A stretch of 51,172 nucleotides of DNA from Actinomycetes bacterium (GTDB lineage: Bacteria > Actinomycetota > CALGFH01). A program made the position numbers and the translations under genes. The notes beneath the pieces were generated by a model, which was not told the origin of the DNA, did not search any database, and saw nothing but the letters and a program-made list of their open reading frames with translations. The stretch spans positions 1-51,172 of the forward strand of contig JBIOYL010000188.1 in NCBI GenBank assembly GCA_044870185.1, given 5' to 3'. Within the stretch, counting starts at the first letter, position 1, and each line of letters opens with the position of its first letter. Positions 42,915 to 51,172 of this stretch are shown here, in pieces.

Positions 42915-43822
42915 TGGGTGACCACCTGCAGCTCGTCGATCCGGACGGTTGTTTCGGTCTCGCGGGTGACCCGGAACCAGCCGCTCTGGCCGTTGCTGGC
43001 GGTCCAGGTCACCATGAACGTGGTCGTGCCGACGAGCTTGTAGCGGCCGTCGGGGCGGATGTCGCGTGAGGGCTGGGTGTAGAGGTGCCCGCACGAGGGC
43101 ATGGTGTCCTTGTCCGCCGCGGTGTACGCGCGGCCGGGCCAGGTGCAGACCTCGGCGGCGGTGCTGTCACCCATATCCCAGGTGATCTTTTCGGCGTGGG
43201 CGGTGGCGGTGACGCTGAGCCCGGGCACACTGGCGGACTTGGTGTTCGGGCCCCAGGTGTGCTCGTTGACCGTGGTGGCCAGCCACACCGGCAGGCCGAC
43301 CAGCCCGGCGCCGTTGGTCTGCGGGGAGATGATGATGTCGGGGCCGGTCAGGCGCATCAACGTCACCGCCTCGGCGGCCAGGGTGAGCGGGCCGGGCAGG
43401 CCGCCGTAGCCGGGCGGCGGGCTGGCCCGCCAGGTCAGGCCCGTCGCCGATGACCAGCCGAAGCACCAGACGTTGTAGATGTCGCCGTCGGGGTAGTTCC
43501 CGTTCCACACCGGGTCCCCGGCGGGCGGCTGCGGGTCGACGCGCTTCCAGTAGCACTTGTCGGCGGGGTTGTACCAGCCCAGGTCCTCGTCGTGGCAGGG
43601 GATTACGTTGCCGTCGGGGTCGCGGCAGACGTAGCTATTGCCGCCGCCCCCGCCGCCTCCTCCCCCGCCGCCGCCCGGGGTGCCCACGACGACGATGTAG
43701 CAGTCGCCGCCGCGCGGTGGGCAGTACACGTAGTCGGCGTGGGCCGGGCCGGCGGCGGCGATCAGACCGACCGCGGCGAGCGTGGCGGCGAAAACGGCGG
43801 CGGCGGCCCGGCGGGCTAGCAT
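42911..43822 (-). CDS. Secreted protein with 12-residue poly-Gly tract and conserved Cys-containing C-terminal module
   Basis: Signal peptide ending AHA-DY; G50-G61 run; C-terminal LVGLPVWL...WDMGDS...PSCGH. ATGA-coupled to cpaB. Confidence 0.65.
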   Translation of the reverse strand: MLARRAAAAVFAATLAAVGLIAAAGPAHADYVYCPPRGGDCYIVVVGTPGGGGGGGGGGGGNSYVCRDPDGNVIPCHDEDLGWYNPADKCYWKRVDPQPPAGDPVWNGNYPDGDIYNVWCFGWSSATGLTWRASPPPGYGGLPGPLTLAAEAVTLMRLTGPDIIISPQTNGAGLVGLPVWLATTVNEHTWGPNTKSASVPGLSVTATAHAEKITWDMGDSTAAEVCTWPGRAYTAADKDTMPSCGHLYTQPSRDIRPDGRYKLVGTTTFMVTWTASNGQSGWFRVTRETETTVRIDELQVVTQ

Positions 43823-44403
43823 GACCGGCTCCGGTCGGCCTCCGAGGTCTCGATGTACCACTTGCCGTCGCCGTACACCTTGGCGGTGGAGACCACGACG
43901 TACTTCTTGGTCTGGTTGGGCACCCCGGCCGGGGAGCCGTCCGCCTTGACCAGCGGGTAGTTGGTGACGTCGTAGCAGTCTTCGATGGTGGCCGTGTAGG
44001 GGGCCTTCTCGGTGGAAATCTTGGTGACCTTGGCGCTCCACACCGGCCGTCCGGTGTTGTGCAGCTTGGCGTCGCGTCGCTGGCGCAGGTCGAGTACCAG
44101 CTGGGTGCGCAGCGGGTCGACGGCGAACGCCTTGAGCTGTTCGCGGGCCGCGTCGACGTCGGGCGTGGCGGCCGTCTGCAGCGCGATCAGCTTCTCGGTG
44201 AGGCCGTTGTAGACCTCCAGCGCCTTGACGGCCTCGGCCTGGTCCTTCGACGGGGCGGCGCTGGAGGCGGCGGTGCTCGGCGAGCTGGCCGGCGGTGCGG
44301 GAGTTTCGCCGTTGCAGCCGGACACCGCGACGGCGGCCAGCGCCACGGCGGTGGTGGCGAGCAGGGTACGGATACGGAGGTTACGAGCGGGGGCGGTGAT
44401 CAC
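43816..44403 (-). CDS. Lipoprotein, first gene of the tad operon
   Basis: Lipobox AVSGC after a signal sequence, then a Pro/Ser/Ala linker. GTG start after GGAAGGA. Confidence 0.7.
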   Translation of the reverse strand: MITAPARNLRIRTLLATTAVALAAVAVSGCNGETPAPPASSPSTAASSAAPSKDQAEAVKALEVYNGLTEKLIALQTAATPDVDAAREQLKAFAVDPLRTQLVLDLRQRRDAKLHNTGRPVWSAKVTKISTEKAPYTATIEDCYDVTNYPLVKADGSPAGVPNQTKKYVVVSTAKVYGDGKWYIETSEADRSRSC

Positions 44404-45060
44404 CGTTATGTCCTTCCAGCCAGTGAACTACAAGCGCAACTTGTACATTGCAATTTGCAGATGGTTGGAGGACTGGCAAGCTATCCCGGCCCCCCACCGG
44501 TCTTCGCGACTTGCGATCTATGGACGCCTATCGAGGCCGTGCGGTTGCTACGGCGTGCAGCAGGTCACGTGAGCGCGGCGATCGCGCAGGGCTACGTGAC
44601 ATCGGTGGCCGCCGTCGACGGCTCGCCGAGTGGGGCGCGTCGCGCTCCCTCTATCGGCGTGGGTCCGGATTGCGCATCTCATTTCGCCTCCCCCGTGGTG
44701 GTGCATCCGTCCACATGCAACAAAAGTCGCCGGATGCCCAGTGCCGCCCCCGTTGGCGGATTGATCAGCAACCTTGACCATAGCGTGAATCCCTTTTCGC
44801 GCAACAGGGTTTGCCACCCATCACCGTGCGTCAGGACAGCCAGCATCCACGAACAGGCGTACTACGCCTGAGCAGCTGACCGACCCACCATCGCTTGATC
44901 AGCGCTGAGTCCAATCGGGATGGTTGATGGAGATACCGGCGCAAGTCAGTGCAATTAGGAGGAAGATTCACATCCGCTGCGGTGAAGTGGTGGACGCTGC
45001 GGTGATACGCCTCCGACAATGATGATTCTTCGCATCGGCGCATCGGCACGGGGGTAGATC

Positions 45061-45837
45061 ATGACAGAGACGCAGACGACCCGCGAGGCGCGTAGCCAAA
45101 CTGCGGATTCCCGCAGCCGCTGGTGGCCCGCGCTGGCGGTAACGCCGCTGCTGCGCTGGCTGGTGGTGCGCCATTCGGTGCCCGCCGAGGCTTCGGTGCT
45201 GACCATCTGCCCGCAGTGCGGTGCGCAGCTGAGTCCTGGGCATCCGGCGGCGTGGCCGCTGGCGCGCTGCCGCTGCGGCCAGCGTCTGGGGGCCCGGCCG
45301 CTGACCGTGGAGGCCATGGTGGTGGTGCTCGCCGCCGTGCTGGTGGCCGGACCATTCACCGGATGGGAACGGGCCGCGTTCGGCTGGTGGATCGCCTGCT
45401 GGATCGTGCTGTCGTGCGTCGACCTGGCGGTGCACCGGCTGCCGACCACGCTGACCTACGCCGCGGCGGGTGGCCTGCTGGTGCTGCTGGCTGCGGCGGC
45501 GGTGGCCGCCGGGGATCCAGGGCGGCTGGCCCGGGCCGCCGCCGGCGGGGTCGGTGTGTGGCTGCTGCTGGCCGCCGGGGCGATGTTCGGCAGCAGCGGG
45601 CTGGGCGGCGGCGACGTGCGGGCCGGGTTGTCGGTAGGGATCGCGGCCGGCTGGGTGTCCTGGTTCGCCATCGTCAGTGCGGTGTTTCTGTCCGGCGTGG
45701 TCATGGCGGGGTACGGGCTGTGGCTGGTGGCTCGGCGCCGGGGAACGCTGAGGTCGGCAGCCGCGTTCGGACCGAGCATGTTCATTGGCACCTTGCTGGC
45801 CGTGCTGCTGCTGCAGGGGATGCTGCGGCACGTCTGA
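45061..45837 (+). CDS. tadV: A24-family prepilin peptidase (TadV/CpaA-like)
   Basis: CPQCG...CRCG zinc motif, catalytic Asp contexts CVDLAVHRLP and GGGDVR, polytopic. Confidence 0.85.
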   Translation: MTETQTTREARSQTADSRSRWWPALAVTPLLRWLVVRHSVPAEASVLTICPQCGAQLSPGHPAAWPLARCRCGQRLGARPLTVEAMVVVLAAVLVAGPFTGWERAAFGWWIACWIVLSCVDLAVHRLPTTLTYAAAGGLLVLLAAAAVAAGDPGRLARAAAGGVGVWLLLAAGAMFGSSGLGGGDVRAGLSVGIAAGWVSWFAIVSAVFLSGVVMAGYGLWLVARRRGTLRSAAAFGPSMFIGTLLAVLLLQGMLRHV

Positions 45838-45875
45838 TCGCGCCGGACAGGAGGAGATGCGACGGCGGGGTGCGG

Positions 45876-48800
45876 TCAGCGGAAGTCGCGGCTGGCCACG
45901 GTGGTGGCGATCGGCAGCGCCTGCAGGTGCTCGGCGACGAGGTTGACCACACCGGATGCCGACTGCAGCGTCCCCCGGATAATCAGCGCGGGGCTGGCCT
46001 TGGCGACCTGACGGAACCTGATCCACGCGCCCTGGGAGACCACGACGTTGAGGATGCCCGTCTCGTCCTCGAGGCTGAGGAACGTCACGCCGCGGGCGGT
46101 GGCCGGGCGTTGCCGGTGCGTGACCAGCCCGCCGACCAGGACGCGGGTCTTGTCCGGCACGCCGGACAGGCGTACCACCTGCAGGGCACCGGCCGCGTCC
46201 AGCCGCGCCCGCACCAGCTCGATCGGGTGGCTGTCCGGGGACAGGCCGGTGGCCACGACGTCGGCGACGAGCAGGTCGACGTCGGTCATGCCGGGCAGGG
46301 TCGGGGCGTGCAGTCCGCCGACGGTGCCCGGCAGCCGGTCGGGGGTGTCGCGCACGGCGGCGCCGGCGGCCCACAGTGCCTCGCGGCGGCCCAGCCCGAA
46401 CACGGCGAAGGCGTCGGCGGTGGCGAGGTACTCCAGCTGGCCGACGGTCAGCCCGCAGCGGCGGGCCAGGTCGCTCATGCTGGTGTATGGACCGCCCGCG
46501 TCGCGTTCGGCCACGATGCGCAGCGCGGTCTCCTCGGAGATGCTGTCGACCTGATCCAGGCCGAGGCGTACCGCCGGGCCGCCCAGTCCCCATTCGTGGG
46601 GTTTCTCGCCGGGCGCCGAACCCCACCGGGTCGACGCCGTGGACTCCAGGGTGGCCTTGGCGCCGGAGGCGTTGATGCAGGGCCGGTGGACCTGCACGCC
46701 GTGGCGGCGGGCGTCGTCGACGAGCGACTGCGGGTTGTAGAACCCCATCGGCTGCGCTTTGAGCAGCGCGGCCAGGAATGGGCCCGGGTGGTAGCGCTTG
46801 AGCCATGCCGAGGCGTAGACCAGGTAGGCGAAGCTCATCGCGTGTGACTCCGGGAAGCCATAGTTGGCGAACGCGGCCAGCTTGAGGAAGATGTCGTCGG
46901 CGACCTCACCGGTGATGCCGTTGGCGTGCATGCCCTGGTAGAGCCGGTCTTTGAGCGCGTCCATCTTGGCCGCGCTGCGTTTGGAGCCCATCGCCCGGCG
47001 CAGCTGGTCGGCCTCGGCCGGGGTGAACCCGGCGACGTCGATGGCCAGCTGCATCATCTGCTCCTGCCATAGCGGCACGCCCAGGGTTTTCTCCAGGCTG
47101 TTGCGCATCAGCGGGTGGCCGTAGGTCGGCTCCTCCAGGCCGTTGCGGCGGCGGATGTACGGGTGCACCGAGCCGCCCTGGATCGGGCCGGGCCGGATCA
47201 GCCCGACTTCAACCACCAGGTCGTAGAAGGTGCGCGGCTTGAGCCGGGGCAGCGTGGACATCTGGGCGCGGCTTTCGACCTGGAACACCCCGACCGAATC
47301 CGCGCGGCACAGCATCGCGTAGACCTCCGGGTCGCCGCAGTCGAGGTCACCGAGGTCCAGCTCCTGGCCCAGGAAGTCGAACGCGTAGTGCAGGGCGCTG
47401 AGCATCCCCAGGCCGAGCAGGTCGAACTTGGTCAGCCCGGCGTCGGCCGCGGAGTCCTTGTCCCACTGCAAGACGGTGCGCTTGTCCATCCGGGCGTGTT
47501 CGACCGGGCACACCTCGGCGACCTCGCGGTGGCAGATCACCATGCCACCGGAGTGGATGCCCAGGTGCCGGGGCGCGTCCAGCAGCGCCCGCGCGTAGGT
47601 GACCACCTGCGCGGGGATGCCCTCGGCGGCGTCGTCGGAGATGTCCGACCACCGGTCGAGCTGCTTGGACCAGGCGTCCTGCTGGCCGGGCGAGTAGCCG
47701 AAGGCGCGGGCGACGTCGCGGACCGCCGAGCGGGGCCGGTAGGTGATGACGTTGGCGACCAGGGCGCTGTGGCGGCGGCCGTGCTTGTCGTAGACGTACT
47801 GGATGACCTCCTCGCGGCGGTCGGACTCGATGTCGACATCGATGTCGGGTGGCCCGTCGCGTTCGGGGGCGAGGAACCGCTCGAACAGCAGCCGCTGGGC
47901 CACCGGGTCGACGTTGGTGATCCGCAGCGCGTAGCAGACCGCGCTGTTGGCGGCGCTGCCGCGGCCCTGGCAGTAGATGTTGGCCTCGCGGCAGAACCGC
48001 ACAATGTCCCACACGACCAGGAAGTAGCCGGGAAACTTCAGCTCCTCGATCATCGCCAGTTCCCGGTCGATCTGGGCCCAGGCGTCCGGGTGGGCCTGCC
48101 TCGGGCCGTAGCGGCGCTGGGCGCCTTCGTAGGTCAGGTGGCGCAGCCAGGTCGCCTCGGTGTGCCCGGCCGGGACATCGAACGGCGGCAGTTCAGGGGC
48201 GATCAGGCCGAGGTCGAAGGCGCACTCCTGGCCAAGGCGGGCGGCGTGGGCGACCGCGCCCGGGTAGTCGGCGAACCGGGCGGCCTGCTCGGCACCGGAA
48301 CGCAGGTGCGCGGTGCCGGCGGCGGGAAGGTACGGGTCCAGGTCGTCCAGTGAGGACCGCGCCCGCACCGCGGCGACCACCGCGGCGAGCCGGGCCCGGG
48401 CGGGCGCGTCATAGTGCACGTTGCCGGTGGCCACCACCGGCAGACGGACGGCGGCGGCGAGATCGGCGAGGGCGTCGTTGCGGTCGCCGTCGGCCGGGCT
48501 GCCGTGGTCGATCAGCTCGACGGCCACGTTGTCGGCGCCGAACAGGGCGGTCAGCCGGTCGAGCTCGCGGCGGGCGGCGTCTGGCCCGCCAGAGAGCAGG
48601 GCGGCGGGGACAGTGCCTTTGCGGCAGCCGGTCAGCGCCACCACATGCCCGGCCAGCCCGGCCGCCATCGCCTCCAGGTCGTAGACCGGGCGGCCTTTCT
48701 CCCCGCCTGCCAGGTGCGCGGTGGACAACATCCCGGCGAGCCGGTGGTAGCCCTCCTGCCCGCGGGCCAACAGCAGCAGGTGCTGGCCGGCTGGGTCGGG

Positions 48801-49202
48801 CACGCCGGTCTGCCCACTGGGCAGGCCGAGGGACACCTCCACCCCGTACACGGTCGGCAAGCCGATCGCCTTGGCCGCACCGGCGAAGACGACCGCGCCG
48901 TAGAACCCGTCGTGGTCGGTCAGCGCCAGGGCGTCCAAGCCCAGCCGGGCCGCCTCGGTGGCCAGATCCTCCGGGGAGCTCGCACCGTCGAGGAAGGAGA
49001 AGTTGCTGTGGCAGTGCAGCTCGGCGTACGCGATGGTGGCCGTTGGGCGGATCAGGGCGGGTGCGGTGAACGGGGCGCGTTTGCGCGTGAAGCCGGGCGC
49101 GTCGCCGCCGTCGGCGTCGGCGAGGGGGTCGGTGACCCGTCCGGCCAGCCGCTGCTGCAGCTGCTCCCAGCCCAGATGTGATTGCGCGTCGAAGCGGCTC
49201 AT
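45876..49202 (-). CDS. dnaE2: Error-prone DNA polymerase III alpha subunit DnaE2
   Basis: PHP motif YAELHCHSNFSFLDGAS and polymerase core throughout. The ATG lies 5 nt after the imuB stop. Confidence 0.95.
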   Translation of the reverse strand: MSRFDAQSHLGWEQLQQRLAGRVTDPLADADGGDAPGFTRKRAPFTAPALIRPTATIAYAELHCHSNFSFLDGASSPEDLATEAARLGLDALALTDHDGFYGAVVFAGAAKAIGLPTVYGVEVSLGLPSGQTGVPDPAGQHLLLLARGQEGYHRLAGMLSTAHLAGGEKGRPVYDLEAMAAGLAGHVVALTGCRKGTVPAALLSGGPDAARRELDRLTALFGADNVAVELIDHGSPADGDRNDALADLAAAVRLPVVATGNVHYDAPARARLAAVVAAVRARSSLDDLDPYLPAAGTAHLRSGAEQAARFADYPGAVAHAARLGQECAFDLGLIAPELPPFDVPAGHTEATWLRHLTYEGAQRRYGPRQAHPDAWAQIDRELAMIEELKFPGYFLVVWDIVRFCREANIYCQGRGSAANSAVCYALRITNVDPVAQRLLFERFLAPERDGPPDIDVDIESDRREEVIQYVYDKHGRRHSALVANVITYRPRSAVRDVARAFGYSPGQQDAWSKQLDRWSDISDDAAEGIPAQVVTYARALLDAPRHLGIHSGGMVICHREVAEVCPVEHARMDKRTVLQWDKDSAADAGLTKFDLLGLGMLSALHYAFDFLGQELDLGDLDCGDPEVYAMLCRADSVGVFQVESRAQMSTLPRLKPRTFYDLVVEVGLIRPGPIQGGSVHPYIRRRNGLEEPTYGHPLMRNSLEKTLGVPLWQEQMMQLAIDVAGFTPAEADQLRRAMGSKRSAAKMDALKDRLYQGMHANGITGEVADDIFLKLAAFANYGFPESHAMSFAYLVYASAWLKRYHPGPFLAALLKAQPMGFYNPQSLVDDARRHGVQVHRPCINASGAKATLESTASTRWGSAPGEKPHEWGLGGPAVRLGLDQVDSISEETALRIVAERDAGGPYTSMSDLARRCGLTVGQLEYLATADAFAVFGLGRREALWAAGAAVRDTPDRLPGTVGGLHAPTLPGMTDVDLLVADVVATGLSPDSHPIELVRARLDAAGALQVVRLSGVPDKTRVLVGGLVTHRQRPATARGVTFLSLEDETGILNVVVSQGAWIRFRQVAKASPALIIRGTLQSASGVVNLVAEHLQALPIATTVASRDFR

Positions 49203-49209
49203 GACGTGC

Positions 49210-50733
49210 TCAATCGAACGACCCGGTGATCGCCCACCGGCCTGCGGCGAGGCTGAGCTGCACGGCTTCGCCGTCGTCGAGCACCAGCTGCAGCCGGACC
49301 GCCCGCCGGGTGTCGGTGGCGTCCCACCACCGCTCGGCGACCGCCCACGGCCCGAACCATTCCCGCACGGCGGCCGCGCCGCCGGTGCGGTGCAGCCGCA
49401 CGGGTAGCCCGGACATGGCCAGCCGCGCGTCCACGCCGATGTCGGTTCCGGCGGCGTCGACCAGCCGGACCGGCTCGGGCACGCCGTTGAGGGCGGGGAA
49501 CGGTGCCAGCAGCGCGCCGGGCCACGGTCCGTCCGGGCGGGCCGGGCGGCGCTCGTCGCCGAACGGGACGGCGGTGACCATCTGGTCGGGATCGCGGCCG
49601 CCGCCGGCGACGGGTACCAGCACTGCCTCGGGCCCGAGCAGGCCCTGCACCCGGTGCAGCGCACGGTGCGCCCGGTCCCGGCTGGGTCCGGCCTCGCCCC
49701 ACAGTCCTGGCTGCAGACCGACGTGGCGGACCAGCCCGTGCGGGATCAGCCGCAGGGCGACCAGGCCGCTGGCCAGTTTGCGGCGGGTGAGCCAGCCGTC
49801 GAGCTGCCAGCGGGTCCGGTCGGCGATCGCGGTCTCGGTGAGCAGCCCGTCGTGGCGCCACAGCCGCGACAGCTCCTGCCCCTGCTCGGTGACCGCGCAG
49901 ATCTCCAGCCGGGTGGCGGCCAGACCGTATCCGGCCAGCCGCTCGTGCAGCCGGACCGCGAGGGCGCGGGCGGCGAATGCGCCGGCGTCGACGCGGGCGA
50001 CGGGCTCGTCGAACGTCTCGGCGACGATCAGGTCAGGTGGGGGCTGGCGCACGTGCAGCGGCCGGTCGTCGCGGCCGGCGGCGAGCCGGTGGGCGATCGC
50101 CCCGTCGAGCCCGAACCGGTCCAGGACCTGCGAGCCGTGCAGCGCCGCGAACGCGCCCAGGGTGGTGATGCCCATGCGCCGCAACAGGTCCACCAGCCTT
50201 GCCCGTTCCAGGGTCGCCACCGGCAGGTCGGCGAGGTAGGCCGCGGTCTGCCCCGGCGGCACGTGGTGACCCTCGCGGGCGGCCAGCAGCGCGGCGAAGA
50301 TGCCGTCGGCGACGCCGATCTGCGCCTCCACCGTGGTGTCGACGGCGACCTGTTCGACGATCCGCTCGGCGGCCTGTTCCTCGCCGCCGAAGTAGCGGGC
50401 CGGGCCGCGGGCGGCGAACGCGCACGCGCCGGGCCGCACGATCGCGACCCCGGCGGCGACCTCCTCGACGGCGGCTACGACCGGCTCGAACGCGGCCGCG
50501 TCGCGGGCCTCGTCGTAGATCACGACGGTGAGCTGCGGGCAGCGGCTTTGCGCCTCGCGCTTACGTAGCCCGCGGCGGACCCCGGCGTTGCGCGCGGCTG
50601 CGGAGCAGGCGACCACCCGGTTGGCGTGCAGGACGGCCACCGGGTCCTCGGGCTGGGCCAGGCCGGTGTGGATCGCGGCGATCACCGGCCAGTCTGGGCA
50701 CCAGACCAGCATGGTGCGTACCGCGGTGCTCAC
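49210..50733 (-). CDS. imuB: ImuB, Y-family-polymerase-like mutasome subunit
   Basis: MLVWCPDWPV...GVRRGL...IEVAPGI-like core. GTGA overlap with the upstream gene. Conserved position before dnaE2. Confidence 0.9.
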   Translation of the reverse strand: MSTAVRTMLVWCPDWPVIAAIHTGLAQPEDPVAVLHANRVVACSAAARNAGVRRGLRKREAQSRCPQLTVVIYDEARDAAAFEPVVAAVEEVAAGVAIVRPGACAFAARGPARYFGGEEQAAERIVEQVAVDTTVEAQIGVADGIFAALLAAREGHHVPPGQTAAYLADLPVATLERARLVDLLRRMGITTLGAFAALHGSQVLDRFGLDGAIAHRLAAGRDDRPLHVRQPPPDLIVAETFDEPVARVDAGAFAARALAVRLHERLAGYGLAATRLEICAVTEQGQELSRLWRHDGLLTETAIADRTRWQLDGWLTRRKLASGLVALRLIPHGLVRHVGLQPGLWGEAGPSRDRAHRALHRVQGLLGPEAVLVPVAGGGRDPDQMVTAVPFGDERRPARPDGPWPGALLAPFPALNGVPEPVRLVDAAGTDIGVDARLAMSGLPVRLHRTGGAAAVREWFGPWAVAERWWDATDTRRAVRLQLVLDDGEAVQLSLAAGRWAITGSFD

Positions 50734-51172
50734 CGGACCACCTGCAGGCGCCGCTGCCCGCTGCCCTGCTGCTCCGGGGCGGGCAGGGTGGCCTGGAACT
50801 GGGGATCTTCGGGCAGCCACACCTGCGCCCGGCGCGGGCGGCCCGCCGCGCCCCGGCCGGTGACCGACACCGTGAGGTGGCGGCAGCGCAGCCGCCGCCG
50901 TCCGTACCAGGGTCCGCCTTCGGCGGTCAGGGTCATGGTCGCGCCTGGCCAGGCGTTCATCGTCACCAGGGTGGCGTCGTTGGCCCGGGCTCGGGCCGAC
51001 AGTTGCGAGCACACCGCGGCCGCCGGGGTCGCGGCCGGGGCCACTACCACCAGGTCGAACCCGTCGAGCAAGGTGGCCACGACGGTGGTCAGGTCGGGGC
51101 CGGGCTGGGGCACCAGGGCCAGATGGTCGAGGTGCACGCCCATCGTCTTCGCGGCGGCAAGCGACAGCGCCG
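50730..51172 (-). CDS. imuA: ImuA'-like protein, C-terminal part (5' end beyond the window)
   Basis: The frame stays open to the window edge. Assigned by its position upstream of imuB-dnaE2; the sequence itself is not diagnostic. Confidence 0.55.
   Translation of the reverse strand, partial: ALSLAAAKTMGVHLDHLALVPQPGPDLTTVVATLLDGFDLVVVAPAATPAAAVCSQLSARARANDATLVTMNAWPGATMTLTAEGGPWYGRRRLRCRHLTVSVTGRGAAGRPRRAQVWLPEDPQFQATLPAPEQQGSGQRRLQVVR

Noticed and set aside
43640-43675. Poly-Gly coding tract as a slipped-strand phase-variation site
   Set aside because: The 12 Gly codons use mixed GGC/GGG/GGA/GGT, so the DNA is not a perfect mono- or trinucleotide repeat.
45838-45875. SOS/LexA box near the dnaE2 cassette or elsewhere in the window
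   Set aside because: Several TCGAAC hexamers occur inside genes, but none has the palindromic partner at the right spacing. The relevant promoter upstream of imuA' is outside the window.
44968-46847. 612-aa minus-strand and 574-aa plus-strand ORFs spanning tadV and the dnaE2 3' end
   Set aside because: Both are Arg/Pro/Gly-rich shadow ORFs that cross two real genes with clear domain signatures in other frames.
1-51172. CRISPR arrays, tRNA, rRNA and tmRNA
   Set aside because: No spaced direct repeats were seen. No T-loop GGTTCGAATCC-type motifs or cloverleaf-sized conserved blocks appear in any intergenic gap.

Overview
High-GC actinobacterial-type chromosomal DNA; no rRNA, tRNA or CRISPR seen. 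It has three parts.

(1) Positions 1 to ~33.2 kb are an accessory island of about 50 short, mostly uncharacterised genes. Many are joined by ATGA/GTGA start-stop overlaps. It begins at a 5'-truncated ATP-dependent DNA ligase that abuts a lower-GC partial ORF.
- Enzymes: ASCH protein, a DEDD exonuclease fusion, a PNK/zeta-like P-loop kinase, MazG-like and Nudix hydrolases.
- Regulators and TA-like genes: GntR-led operon, RHH/PIN-like pair, a possible HEPN/sigma-region-4 fusion, XRE regulator next to an acetyltransferase and an ACAD-fold gene.
- Mobile-element genes: an internal tyrosine recombinase, and a DUF2637/excisionase-HTH remnant.
- An insulated DprA-like + ComF-type PRTase + DUF5131 (Gp37/Gp68) cassette.

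(2) 33.2-45.8 kb is a monoderm Tad/Flp pilus locus: cpaB, tadZ, tadA, tadB, tadC, a Flp-like gene, three tadE/G-like genes and a divergent prepilin peptidase. It also has two extra exported proteins and a terminal membrane-anchored LysM-SARP/BTAD regulator.

(3) 45.9-51.2 kb is the imuA'-imuB-dnaE2 mutasome cassette, which runs off the right edge.

The best candidate for an undescribed system is the DprA-like/PRTase/DUF5131 cassette. Next come the HEPN-like fusion and a paralogous small-protein family placed in front of unrelated downstream genes.

All calls rest on reading the translations and the DNA by eye; no searches were run. CDS coordinates derive from the ORF track; hairpin and repeat coordinates are hand-indexed (+/-2 nt).
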